A stretch of 64,000 nucleotides of DNA from Alphaproteobacteria bacterium (GCA_965216755.1 CBDCGL010000011.1:2144001-2208000), one strand, 5' to 3'; positions 35,635 through 45,376 are shown, counted from the stretch's first letter. Notes: generated by a model not told the origin, from the letters alone. Translations and numbers: made by a program.

Positions 35635-36995
35635 TGGCCGCTGCGCATCCCGTCGCACGCGCCTTGATGGCGCTCCGCGACGGCCAACCCGACCAGGCAG
35701 CGGCGCATTGCCGGTCAATCCTGGCGAAATGGCCCACAGATGAAGCGGCGCGCCTAACATATGCGGCAGCCCTGTGCGATTTGGGACGCCTGTGCCAAGA
35801 GCAAGGGCAATGGGATACCGCTGCCAACCATTACGACGCCGCGCTGCGCTATGCCCCCGACCATGTCCAGGCGCACAGCAATATGGGTCTTGTCTGCCAG
35901 CAGAGGGGCGCATTTGAATTCGCGCTCAGGCACTTCGACGCCGCCCTCGAACGCGCCCCCGATAATCCCGATGTCCACAAGAATCGCGCCATATTGCGCC
36001 TGTTGATGGGCGAATTTGGCCCCGCATTCGATGAATATGAATGGCGTTGGCGAGGCCCGAAAACAATCAACAAGCGGCGTCCCTTCGCGCAGCCCGATTG
36101 GGATGGCACCAACCTGACAAACCGTCGCCTGCTGATTTGGGGCGAACAGGGCATCGGCGACGAGATCATGTTTGCATCGCTGCTGCCCGAAACGATCCGC
36201 GCAGCGGCCGGTTGCGTAATTGAATGCGCAGCGCGCCTGGAACCAGTGTTTGCGCGATCCTTTCCGGCCGCATTGGTCGTCGCGCGGGGCACGCCACCCG
36301 ATATCCGAACCGGGCCCGACTGCGCGGACGTGCAGATTGCCGCCGGCAGCCTGTGTCGTTGGCGGCGTCGCGAGGCCGCGGCCTTTGGCAACCCCAAGGC
36401 CTATCTGCGCGCCGATCCCGACAAAATGGCGCGCTGTCGCGCCCGTTATGCCGCCCTTGGACCGGGCCTCAAGGTCGGTATCGCCTGGCAGAGCAAGACA
36501 CCCCTGTGGGGCCTGATCAAATCGGCGCCCTTGCGGCACTGGGCGCCGATTCTGCAGACCCCTGGCCTGCAATTCGTTTCGCTGCAATATGGCGATTGCG
36601 ACGACGATGTCGCGACCGCGCGCGCCCTGGGCGCGACGATCGATTGCGATCCAACCGTTGATCAAATGGCAAGCCTGGACGATTTCGCCGCACAAATCGC
36701 CGCTTTGGACATGGTGATCACGGTCTCGAATACCACCGCCCATTTGGCCGGCGCGTTGGGCGTGCCGTGCCATGTTTTGCTCGCTTTTTCGCCGGACTGG
36801 CGCTGGCAGGCACGCGGCGATCGGCCGCTTTGGTACCCCCATCAAACACTGTATCGGCAGGCCGCGCCCGGCGCCTGGGAGGCACCCATCGCGGCGGTGG
36901 CGGCACGGATTCACGGCTACTTAACCGCTGTCGGATCAGATGGAGGCCAGAGCCATCACGAGGCGGTGCGCCATGACCATGTCGATGACCCTTGA
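35634..36995 (+). CDS. TPR + GT-B glycosyltransferase, FlmG-like (copy 5, shortest)
   Basis: Few TPRs, YEWRW, WGEQGIGDE, GIAWQS, DWRW. Confidence 0.8.
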   Translation: MAAAHPVARALMALRDGQPDQAAAHCRSILAKWPTDEAARLTYAAALCDLGRLCQEQGQWDTAANHYDAALRYAPDHVQAHSNMGLVCQQRGAFEFALRHFDAALERAPDNPDVHKNRAILRLLMGEFGPAFDEYEWRWRGPKTINKRRPFAQPDWDGTNLTNRRLLIWGEQGIGDEIMFASLLPETIRAAAGCVIECAARLEPVFARSFPAALVVARGTPPDIRTGPDCADVQIAAGSLCRWRRREAAAFGNPKAYLRADPDKMARCRARYAALGPGLKVGIAWQSKTPLWGLIKSAPLRHWAPILQTPGLQFVSLQYGDCDDDVATARALGATIDCDPTVDQMASLDDFAAQIAALDMVITVSNTTAHLAGALGVPCHVLLAFSPDWRWQARGDRPLWYPHQTLYRQAAPGAWEAPIAAVAARIHGYLTAVGSDGGQSHHEAVRHDHVDDP

Positions 36996-37743
36996 GGAAT
37001 ACGAACAGATCCAGCCTGCGATGGCCTTGGGGCCCGAAGGCCAACAGGTGCTCTATTGCACGCCGAACCGCGCCACCCAGTGGCGGGTGCAGACCTTCTT
37101 TACCAAAGAGCCCGAAACAGTCGCTTGGATTGGCACGTTCGAAGCCGGCGATGTGCTGGTCGATGTTGGCGCCAATGTCGGCATGTACACGATTTGGGCG
37201 GCGAAGGCCGCAAGGGCGCGTGTGTTCGCTTTCGAACCCGAATCACAGAACTTCGCGCTGCTCAACCGAAATATTGTCGCCAACGGTTTGTCTGACCGAG
37301 CGGTCGCTTTTTGCCTCGCGCTCAGCGACGAGACCCGTTTCGACCGCCTGCATATCAGTCGTTTCGAAATCGGCCAATCCTGCCATAGCTTCGGCGAGAA
37401 GGTTGATTTTCGCTTGCAGCCACACGACTTTGCGCTCAGCCAAGGTGCCGTCTCGACCGCCATGGATGCGCTGGTACAACAGCAAACAATTCCGGTGCCC
37501 AATCACATCAAGGTCGATGTCGACGGTTTCGAACACAAAGTGCTGCGTGGGGCGGCGACAACGTTGGATAACCCGCGCGTCCGGTCTCTTTTGGTCGAAA
37601 TCAATCAGAACCTGCCCGAGCATGTGGAGGCCGTCGCCCACCTTAAGGACAAGGGCTTTCACTACACGCTCGATCAGGTCACGGAATCGGAACGGTTGGA
37701 CGGCCTATTCAAAGGGGTCGCGAACTATGTCTTTCGGCGCTGA
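36973..37743 (+). CDS. FkbM family methyltransferase
   Basis: KEPET, VDVGANVGMY, AFEP, HIKVDVDGFE. Confidence 0.85.
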   Translation: MTMSMTLEEYEQIQPAMALGPEGQQVLYCTPNRATQWRVQTFFTKEPETVAWIGTFEAGDVLVDVGANVGMYTIWAAKAARARVFAFEPESQNFALLNRNIVANGLSDRAVAFCLALSDETRFDRLHISRFEIGQSCHSFGEKVDFRLQPHDFALSQGAVSTAMDALVQQQTIPVPNHIKVDVDGFEHKVLRGAATTLDNPRVRSLLVEINQNLPEHVEAVAHLKDKGFHYTLDQVTESERLDGLFKGVANYVFRR

Positions 37744-38500
37744 CACCCTTGCCCCGCCTGTGGCCACGGCACAGAACGCGGCTCACAAGCACGTGCTGCG
37801 GCAGATCGGCGAGGCGCGGATCATGCCGAACCCGTTTCCCCATTTCTACATCGAGAACGTTTTTCCCGACACGTTCTACCAGCGGTTACGCACCTATTTT
37901 CCAAGCGACAACGAGCTTGTGTGCCTGGGTGATACCGGGCGTGTGCCCGCCGGCCAGTATAAAGAACGTTTTGTATACGTACTCAACCAGGAAAATCTCG
38001 CCCATCTCCCCGACGCCAAACGCGCGTTTTGGCAAGACGTCGCGTCGTGGATGTTGGGCCGACCGCTGGTGTCGTTGCTCAGCCACAAATTTCTGCGCGC
38101 TTTACAGACACGTTTTGGCACATACATGAATGAGGTGCGGTTGTCGCCCGAGGCTTTGCTGGTCCGTGATCGCACGAACTATTCCATTGGACCGCACAGT
38201 GATGCCCCCCATCGCTTGCTGTCGATGCTGTTCTATTGTCCACAAGATAATCGCATGGCCCATCTGGGCACGTCATTGTATGTACCCAAGAAGCGTGGTT
38301 TCACCTGCGTTGGCGGCCGCCACTACACGATTGACGATTTCATCAATGTCGGCACGATGCCGTTTTTGCCCAATTCAGCGTTCTGCTTTTTGAAGACGAA
38401 GAACTCGTTCCATGGCGTCGAGCCCATCACCGACAAAGACATCTGCCGCGACATGCTGTTGTACGACATACGCGTCGACCCAAGCCATTTCGCTGACTAA
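37727..38500 (+). CDS. 2OG-Fe(II) oxygenase superfamily protein
   Basis: PFPHFYIENVFP, HxD (GPHSD), distal His (SFHGV), Arg (CRDML); probable start MSFGAD overlapping the fkbM end. Confidence 0.75.
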   Translation: MSFGADTLAPPVATAQNAAHKHVLRQIGEARIMPNPFPHFYIENVFPDTFYQRLRTYFPSDNELVCLGDTGRVPAGQYKERFVYVLNQENLAHLPDAKRAFWQDVASWMLGRPLVSLLSHKFLRALQTRFGTYMNEVRLSPEALLVRDRTNYSIGPHSDAPHRLLSMLFYCPQDNRMAHLGTSLYVPKKRGFTCVGGRHYTIDDFINVGTMPFLPNSAFCFLKTKNSFHGVEPITDKDICRDMLLYDIRVDPSHFAD

Positions 38501-38638
38501 CGACCTCTCATCACAAATACCGGTCTTCCACAGGCCCTGCGAAACCATGACATTCACGCCGCAATCCGGCTGGTCCCCATGGGACAATTGACACAACCCG
38601 CTGAGGGCAGCTTGCATAACCAGCGACTGTGTTTACTT

Positions 38639-38669
38639 GTGGCCGGGTCCGGGCCCGGCCGTGACGAGG
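38639..38669. repeat. REP-like palindrome / bidirectional hairpin between convergent genes
   Basis: GGCCGGG-tccggg-CCCGGCC-GTGACG resembles the alphaproteobacterial GGCCGGGTCAAGCCCGGCCATGAC repeat. Confidence 0.5.
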
Positions 38670-38684
38670 TTGTGTTGGTGTGCT

Positions 38685-39311
38685 CTAGGCGTTCCAACTC
38701 GGCCGGGCACGCATCTTGTCATCCCACCGCTTTACGTGCGTCGCGGACTCCGGGATTGGCACTTCGACAAAATCACCGATCATCGATGCCGCCATGCCTG
38801 TGATATCCGCGATGGAAAACGCGTCGCCGGCAATGTACGGACGCCCGTCGGCCAACTCACGGTCGAGCCATAGCCAACGTTCGGCCGCTGCAACACGCTG
38901 AGCTTCAGCATAAGCCGGAACCTGCGTCAGACGCTCCTGAAAAAACTCAAACGTGTGTTCAGCAACACTGCCGAGTCGCCGCATGATCTGAATTTCCATA
39001 CGCCGATTCCACATTTCGACGCAGGCGCGCGCCACCGCATCGTCGCCGAACAAAGGTGGAAGCGGATGGATTTCTTCCAAATAACGACAGATGGCGACAC
39101 TTTCCGTGATCACCGTGCCGTCGTCGAGCGCCAATACCGGCGTTTCCCCAAGCGAATTGAGTGCAATAAATTCTCTTGCGCGCGCCTCGCCTTTCTGAAG
39201 ATTCAAACGTTCTGTTGGAATAGCGATCCCCTTCTCCGCGATGAAAATGCGCACGCGGCGCGGGTTTGGCGCGCGACCGTCATAGAGCTTCATCGTCTGC
39301 ATCTCCGACAA
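38685..39311 (-). CDS. Glutathione S-transferase family protein
   Basis: APNPRRVRIF, PVLALDDG..ITESVAICRYLE, FSIADI. Confidence 0.9.
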   Translation of the reverse strand: MSEMQTMKLYDGRAPNPRRVRIFIAEKGIAIPTERLNLQKGEARAREFIALNSLGETPVLALDDGTVITESVAICRYLEEIHPLPPLFGDDAVARACVEMWNRRMEIQIMRRLGSVAEHTFEFFQERLTQVPAYAEAQRVAAAERWLWLDRELADGRPYIAGDAFSIADITGMAASMIGDFVEVPIPESATHVKRWDDKMRARPSWNA

Positions 39312-39339
39312 TGCTTGGTGACGGCGTTCGGCTGATCGA

Positions 39340-40317
39340 TCATTCAGTCATCAAATACTCAGTGAACCACGCCACAGCGAGACTTGACGCCGCGTCGTAG
39401 TGACGCGCATAGATGTCATAATGCTTGCCAGGATAAGTTTCGTACGCCGCCGTGGTGTTGGCCTTGATGATCTCGTAAACCGCGTGGCCATTTGTCATGC
39501 GGTCGAACAGCTCCTCTTCTGTCACGTCGATGATCAAGGTTGGCACGCGAATTGCCCCCGCGTTGTCGATTGGCCGGTAGTCAACCATTTTTGCCAAATC
39601 CGGCGTGCCCCGCAAATTGGGGATTTCATCGATACCTTGCGGGATTGGATCGATCTTGCCACGGGCTTTGTCGATCGCGCGCTGCCGAGCGAGGCGCTGC
39701 CTCTCTGGCGTCCATCCGACACCTTGATAGCCGACCTGGCTAACGATCACCGCCACCCGATCATCACGGGCGCCGACGTAAACGACGTGACCGCCGGAAT
39801 AACTTGTGCCCCATAGACCGATTCGTTCGTGATCTATCCCGGGTTCGCCGCTGAGATAGTCGAGCGCGCTGGTGATATCGCGAACTTGATCGATTGGGTC
39901 AACGACCTCGCGGATGGCGCGGGCCCGCACATTGATTTCGCCACGCGCATCTGGTGACGGCAGATCGCCGACAATCACCAGCCGGCTGTCACTGTCCGCC
40001 CAGCCACGATAGTCAAAGGTCAAAGCGACGAAGCCAGCGCGGGCGAACTTTGGTGCATAGCTACTGTTGAGATGCGCGCGTACACCACCCCACCCGTGTG
40101 TGAGCAATACGGCCGGCCGCGGCTCGCCATCACCGAATCCGTCCGGCAGCCACAAATCGCCGGCCATGCGCGTGCCGTCACTCCAAATCTCCACCGCTTG
40201 CCGTTCAACCGCGTCGGCTTGATCGGCAATTGTGCCTAGTGCTGCCAAAACCAGGCACAGCACGAGCCCCCGAAAACCAATCGAGACGGCCCCCCTCGGC
40301 TCCATTTTCTCTATCAA
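39340..40317 (-). CDS. Exported alpha/beta hydrolase
   Basis: Signal peptide, HGWGG, FDYRGWADS, nucleophile GTSYSG, C-terminal His (GKHY). Confidence 0.8.
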   Translation of the reverse strand: MIEKMEPRGAVSIGFRGLVLCLVLAALGTIADQADAVERQAVEIWSDGTRMAGDLWLPDGFGDGEPRPAVLLTHGWGGVRAHLNSSYAPKFARAGFVALTFDYRGWADSDSRLVIVGDLPSPDARGEINVRARAIREVVDPIDQVRDITSALDYLSGEPGIDHERIGLWGTSYSGGHVVYVGARDDRVAVIVSQVGYQGVGWTPERQRLARQRAIDKARGKIDPIPQGIDEIPNLRGTPDLAKMVDYRPIDNAGAIRVPTLIIDVTEEELFDRMTNGHAVYEIIKANTTAAYETYPGKHYDIYARHYDAASSLAVAWFTEYLMTE

Positions 40318-40425
40318 ATTGTTGCCCTCCGGCGGTCGCGCAGACCAGCCTGCCTGTTTTCGCGCGAAAGCGTTTCGCTCTCTGTCATCGCGATCAAACC
40401 AAGGCCGGCAAGCGCTTGGGTTAGT

Positions 40426-41355
40426 TTAGTTGGCCAGCGTCGCTTCAAGTCGCTCAACCACGGGATGGCTGTAGCCGCCATAACGTATCGTCGGCTGTCC
40501 ATTGATGTCCTTCACCAATTGGTCGAATTGGGCAATGGGCTCGTAGCCCTCCAGCCGGTACATTGTGGTCATCACGGCAACTTCTTCCTCGGGCGTCGAT
40601 GCCGCTGTAATCGCTGCCACGATATCTGTCTCAGCTTCTTTCAACAGCGTTTCGCGTTCTAAGTCGGCAAGAACGGCAAGCTTGGTCAGCGCGAATACTT
40701 CCGGACAATGCCAGTCAAAACCCCATTCTCCCACGGCATCCATGATCCGGGCGTGAAGCGGCGCCAAAGCCTCAAGCGCTTGCTTGTCGCTCCATTGTCC
40801 GGTCGTGTGGGCCGCGCGCGCGGTGAACAATTTGGTGCGCATTTTCGCGACCTCCGGGGCGACGGTTTGGGTGAATGTCGCGCAACGTCCCGGCGACGCC
40901 GCCGGGAGAGCCGCGGCGAAGGCTGAAAGGGACCGGGCATCGGGGACGCCCGTATTGGCGGCCCATGCCGAGTCCGCGGTGGCCGCCGACGCATAGACCG
41001 ATAGGGCGTTTACCACGCCGACCAGCGTCAGCGTCTCAAGCGCGAGGTCTTCCGCACAGTCTCCATTCTCGGGCGCTACCAACCAGGCCTTCGCGGCGTT
41101 CAAAATGGGGTTCAAATGGGGCGCGACAAGCTCACCAAACTTTTCATGATCGGCATAGCGCGCCACGTCGTGGGCCGCGTCTAATGTGACGACGACGAAA
41201 GGCGTGGCATCGCATTCGTCGTGAAATACCGCCGACAGACCATCTTGCGCATATATGTTTGTTGGTTCGGCCAGCGCCACGGTCGAACCCAGGATCAACG
41301 TCGCGCAGAGCGCCGCCGACCCGGCAATTTCAAACGATAGTTGGGCAACAATCAA
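40426..41355 (-). CDS. Hypothetical exported protein
   Basis: 309-aa ORF co-oriented with neighbours, signal-peptide-like ..STVALA/E; no recognised motif; start uncertain. Confidence 0.6.
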   Translation of the reverse strand: MIVAQLSFEIAGSAALCATLILGSTVALAEPTNIYAQDGLSAVFHDECDATPFVVVTLDAAHDVARYADHEKFGELVAPHLNPILNAAKAWLVAPENGDCAEDLALETLTLVGVVNALSVYASAATADSAWAANTGVPDARSLSAFAAALPAASPGRCATFTQTVAPEVAKMRTKLFTARAAHTTGQWSDKQALEALAPLHARIMDAVGEWGFDWHCPEVFALTKLAVLADLERETLLKEAETDIVAAITAASTPEEEVAVMTTMYRLEGYEPIAQFDQLVKDINGQPTIRYGGYSHPVVERLEATLAN

Positions 41356-41385
41356 AATTCCGACTCCGTATACCAGGCGGCTTGG

Positions 41386-42228
41386 TTACTCGGCGTTTGG
41401 CACACGTACGCGCGGCCCAAGCAGGTCGTCGAACTGCGCCTCTTTCTTGGCCTTGTTGGCGGCCAGCTGTCGCATCACATCATCGGTCTGCAACATGCCA
41501 GCCTGCCAAGTCGCGACGTAATTCAAGCCGTCGGCGATTGTATGATCGCGCGCGTAGTTCAGCATTTCCTTGGTTCCGACGATCGCCAGCGGGGATTTCC
41601 GCGCAATCTCCACCGCCATCGCGCGGGCGCCATCGATCAACGCGTCGTGGCTGTCGAACACGGCGTTCACCAGGCCCGCCGTGCGCGCTTCGTCGGCGGG
41701 CAGACGCCGGCCGGTATACGCGAGTTCGCGCACCAAGCCGGACGGAATCAGATATGGCAGACGCTGCAAAGTGCCGACATCCGCCGTGATGCCGATATTG
41801 ATTTCCTGAATACAGAAAAACGCGTCCTTTGTCGCCAGGCGAACATCGCATGCCGACACCAAATCGACCCCGCCGCCAATACAGCCACCTTGGACCGCTG
41901 CGATCACCGGCACGCGGCACCGGTCTATGACCGAAAATGTTTGCTGCATGTCGTGTACGGTGCGTCGCAGGCGCTCGCCACGACGGCCGATATCGCCATC
42001 CGTCTCTGTGAGCGTGTCAAAGACGGCAAGGTCCAACCCTGCGGTAAAATGTCGCCCGGTTGACGAAATCACCGCCACGCGCGCCTCCGGACGCCGGGCG
42101 ATCTCTTCGAATGCCGCGACCATGTCGTCCCAAAACGGCAATGTCATGCTGTTGAACGCTGCCGGGCGCGTCAGCTGCACATGCGCGACATGGTCGCTGA
42201 TCTCGAGCGTCATCGTCTCAAATGGCAT
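41386..42228 (-). CDS. Enoyl-CoA hydratase/isomerase (crotonase; ECH1-like)
   Basis: FTAGLDL, GGCIGGGVDL, EINIGITADVGTLQRL. Confidence 0.9.
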   Translation of the reverse strand: MPFETMTLEISDHVAHVQLTRPAAFNSMTLPFWDDMVAAFEEIARRPEARVAVISSTGRHFTAGLDLAVFDTLTETDGDIGRRGERLRRTVHDMQQTFSVIDRCRVPVIAAVQGGCIGGGVDLVSACDVRLATKDAFFCIQEINIGITADVGTLQRLPYLIPSGLVRELAYTGRRLPADEARTAGLVNAVFDSHDALIDGARAMAVEIARKSPLAIVGTKEMLNYARDHTIADGLNYVATWQAGMLQTDDVMRQLAANKAKKEAQFDDLLGPRVRVPNAE

Positions 42229-42347
42229 CCCATACTCCTTCGTGAACGGCTTGCGTTACAGCAGATCGCCCGCCGACCATGGCTCACCGTGTTGGGCTAA
42301 CCACGAATTTGAGCCGCTCGACCGGCTTGTACGGCGCCATCTCTGGA

Positions 42348-44711
42348 CTATTCCGCGGGCGCCGGTTCGTCGGCTACTTTTTTGGCGGAATCAATCATCA
42401 TCAACAAGGCTGGCAAAAACAGGAAATCTGCCACCAAGGCGACGGCAATGGTAATGGCGCTCAGCAGCCCCATTTCCGCATTGACCCGAAATCCGGAAAA
42501 CGCCAGCACCAAGAACCCGGCCACCAATGTGACCGAAGTGATCCACAGCGCCATGCCCACCGTTGAGAATGCGTAGCGAACCGCGGCTGCCGCAGCGAAA
42601 CCGTGCTCGCGCCGGGCGCGCAAATATTTGCTGAGAAAATGAACCGTATCGTCGACCACAATACCCAATGTCATGGCCACGACGACGGCGACGGCCAGCC
42701 CGACCTGGCCGGCGATAAAGCCCCAAATTCCGAACGCAATCATGGCCGGAAACAGGTTCGGCACCAGGCTGAGTACCCCGATCCGAAAGCTGCGCAAGGC
42801 AAGAATCAACACGCCAGAGATCAAAGCCAAGGCCAGCAGCGATCCAAACAGCATCGAATTGATGTTCCGGTCCGAGATATGGGCGAAAATCAACGATAGT
42901 CCCGTCCCCGGCGTTTGCAGATCAGGCATATTTTCGCGCAGCCAAACTTGCGCGCGATCATTCAAATCACGCATCTCGCGCGACGACATATGGCTGAGCA
43001 ACGCGGTCACGCGCGTTGCTGATTTGGCCACGTTGATCTGGTCGTTCAGGTCCAAGCCATAGGGCAGCGACATTTCGTAAACAAGCAGATATTGCGCAGT
43101 CAGTTCGCGATTCTCCGGCACCCGATAAAAGGTCTTGTCGTCCCCATGCATGCTCATATTGAGCTGCTTGATCACATTTGTCAGCGTGCTGACATGGGCA
43201 ACTTTGGGCTGCGACCGCAACCAGATTGCGAACTCTTCCAGCTTGGCCAAAAAAACAGGATCATTGATTCCGCCTTCTTCGCCGGACGGCACGGAGAATT
43301 CGATCGCGTTAATGCCGGTCAAATTGTCCTCGGTAAAATCCGAATGAACGCGGATGTCAAAGCGGGGATCGAAATATTTGACGAAATCATCATCCAGGAT
43401 AATCCGATTGATGCCCACCGCCGACAAGGCGACGGCCACCACCGTTGCGAATAGTAGGCCGGTCCGTGCACGCACGACGAAATCCGCCAATCGTTCCATA
43501 AAGCGGCGCGACGTGAGCTCGCGCCTGCGCACACGAATCGGCAAAACCGCGATCATGGCCGGCAGAAACGTTACCGACAGCGCAAATGCGACCATAACAC
43601 CCGTGGCCACAATATTGCCGAGCAAACGAAACGGCGGCGCGTCGGAAAAGTTCATACTCAAAAAGCCGATCGCGGTCGTCACACTAGTGATGAAGATCGG
43701 CGACATGTTGATACGTAGGGATTCCACGATGGCATCGTGACGGCCGGCGCCGCGGCTCATTTCCTGACGAATCGTGACCAAGATGTGGACACTGTGAGCC
43801 ACCGACAGGGTCAAAATGATGACCGGCGCCGACATGGTCCCGGCGTTCAAGACCACCAAGAGCCAGCCGGCGAGGCCCATGGTTATGGCAACAGTCATCA
43901 CCACCACCATGACTGTTACCACTGTGCCCATGATCATGCGCAGCGAAATAGCGAGGATCAGGATGATCAGAACCACCATGATCGGAAAAAGAGTGGCCAG
44001 GTCTACCTCCGGCACCTCTGTAAACGCCGCGTCGAACATGACGCCGCCGGTCATATACACGTCGATATCCGGATATCGCGCGCGGAATTTATTAGCCAGC
44101 TCGCGCGCATATGCGACGATCTCGAGGACCTCCGTCGTCGCTTTCGGCGGCTTGATCGTCAACACGCTGACGGCCGTCACCGCACTGTCCGGCGATACCA
44201 ACCGGTTGACCAGGACGGGGCGCGTCAGCGCGATATCCCGTGTTGCCTCGATTGTTTCGGGGGTCAGAGCCAGCGGGTCAGCAACCAGATCCTCGACGAT
44301 CAAATCGTCGCCATCGGCCCGCATATGCTGGTAGTTGGTGATCGAATCGACCCGGCTGGAAAACGGGATTTGCCACGACTCCTCGGTCAACCAATGGACC
44401 GCCTCCAGCACATCGGCGGCAAAAACGTCGCGCCCCTTTGGCGCCAAAACAAATAAAAGATTGTCGTTGCGATTGTAGGTGTTCTCCAGCCGCTCAAGGG
44501 CTAGCAAATGCGGATTGTCGGACGAGAAGAAGACGCGATTGTCTGGATTGTTGGTCAGTTTTTGAGCCCCCATGGCGAGAACGACCGTTGCCACCAGCCA
44601 AAAGATCAGGACCGGCCAGCGTTGCCGTACAACCCATCGGCCGAACGCGTATTCGGTCGTTCCAGATTTGCCGCTTGAATCCGTCACATCCGTCTCCACA
44701 CGATTTTTCAT
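42348..44711 (-). CDS. MMPL/RND family transporter
   Basis: Two TM halves with periplasmic loops, TTAIGFLS, GIVVDDTVHF. Confidence 0.88.
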   Translation of the reverse strand: MKNRVETDVTDSSGKSGTTEYAFGRWVVRQRWPVLIFWLVATVVLAMGAQKLTNNPDNRVFFSSDNPHLLALERLENTYNRNDNLLFVLAPKGRDVFAADVLEAVHWLTEESWQIPFSSRVDSITNYQHMRADGDDLIVEDLVADPLALTPETIEATRDIALTRPVLVNRLVSPDSAVTAVSVLTIKPPKATTEVLEIVAYARELANKFRARYPDIDVYMTGGVMFDAAFTEVPEVDLATLFPIMVVLIILILAISLRMIMGTVVTVMVVVMTVAITMGLAGWLLVVLNAGTMSAPVIILTLSVAHSVHILVTIRQEMSRGAGRHDAIVESLRINMSPIFITSVTTAIGFLSMNFSDAPPFRLLGNIVATGVMVAFALSVTFLPAMIAVLPIRVRRRELTSRRFMERLADFVVRARTGLLFATVVAVALSAVGINRIILDDDFVKYFDPRFDIRVHSDFTEDNLTGINAIEFSVPSGEEGGINDPVFLAKLEEFAIWLRSQPKVAHVSTLTNVIKQLNMSMHGDDKTFYRVPENRELTAQYLLVYEMSLPYGLDLNDQINVAKSATRVTALLSHMSSREMRDLNDRAQVWLRENMPDLQTPGTGLSLIFAHISDRNINSMLFGSLLALALISGVLILALRSFRIGVLSLVPNLFPAMIAFGIWGFIAGQVGLAVAVVVAMTLGIVVDDTVHFLSKYLRARREHGFAAAAAVRYAFSTVGMALWITSVTLVAGFLVLAFSGFRVNAEMGLLSAITIAVALVADFLFLPALLMMIDSAKKVADEPAPAE

Positions 44712-44721
44712 TGTGCACGTC

Positions 44722-45360
44722 TCAGGGGCGTTTGATCGCCCTCATGTTATTGTCGCGCGCGGCGCTGAGCCCGCGGACCAGCAACGCAACCACATCAGTC
44801 GCCTGCGCTTCCAGCTTCTCCAATTCCGTGCAGCGCACCCAAGAATGATCTTGGAACACTTGCGTCGCCACCAGGATCGTCGCCGCGGTGGCGTCAATAT
44901 CGGGCACGTCGAAGAGCCCCGCGCCAACGCCATCGCGCAGGACATCCGCGATAACGGATTGCACGGCCCGCAAATGGTCTGCGATGAGATCAGGCCGTTC
45001 GGCACACATATGACCGACCAATTCGTCGAGATGCGGATGCCGCGCGACCACGTCCGCGACAAGCCTCAGCTTGGTGTGAACAACCGCCAACAATCGATCC
45101 CGCGGCGACGCGTCGTCGCTGCGTCCGGCGGCGGCGATCAAGCGCTCGGCGTCACCAAACCAGCGCGCCGCACCACTTGCGGCAATGGCGCCTTTGCTGT
45201 TGAAATAGCGATATAAATTGGCGGCCGACATGTTACAATCGCCGGCAATCTCGGCCATCGTCGTCTTGTTGAAGCCATAGCGTTCGAAACGCGCCTGTGC
45301 CGCGATCAAGATCCGCGCTTTCACGTCGTCTTGTGTCGCCGGCGCCAGTATGTCGGGCAT
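44722..45360 (-). CDS. TetR family regulator
   Basis: GFNKTTMAEIAGDCNMSAANLYRYFNSK HTH. Confidence 0.9.
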   Translation of the reverse strand: MPDILAPATQDDVKARILIAAQARFERYGFNKTTMAEIAGDCNMSAANLYRYFNSKGAIAASGAARWFGDAERLIAAAGRSDDASPRDRLLAVVHTKLRLVADVVARHPHLDELVGHMCAERPDLIADHLRAVQSVIADVLRDGVGAGLFDVPDIDATAATILVATQVFQDHSWVRCTELEKLEAQATDVVALLVRGLSAARDNNMRAIKRP

Positions 45361-45376
45361 TTCAATATGCGGCTCT

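Noticed and set aside
20909-36995. Repeated DNA and peptide motifs resembling an array or CRISPR
   Set aside because: Explained by TPR units and paralogous GT domains; no constant repeat-spacer structure and no cas genes
36992-37726. 245-codon open extension of the 2OG oxygenase frame across fkbM, suggesting a frameshift fusion or overlapping gene
   Set aside because: Translation is Arg/Ser/Pro-rich with no motif, and no slippery site was seen; ATG 37727 explains the gene
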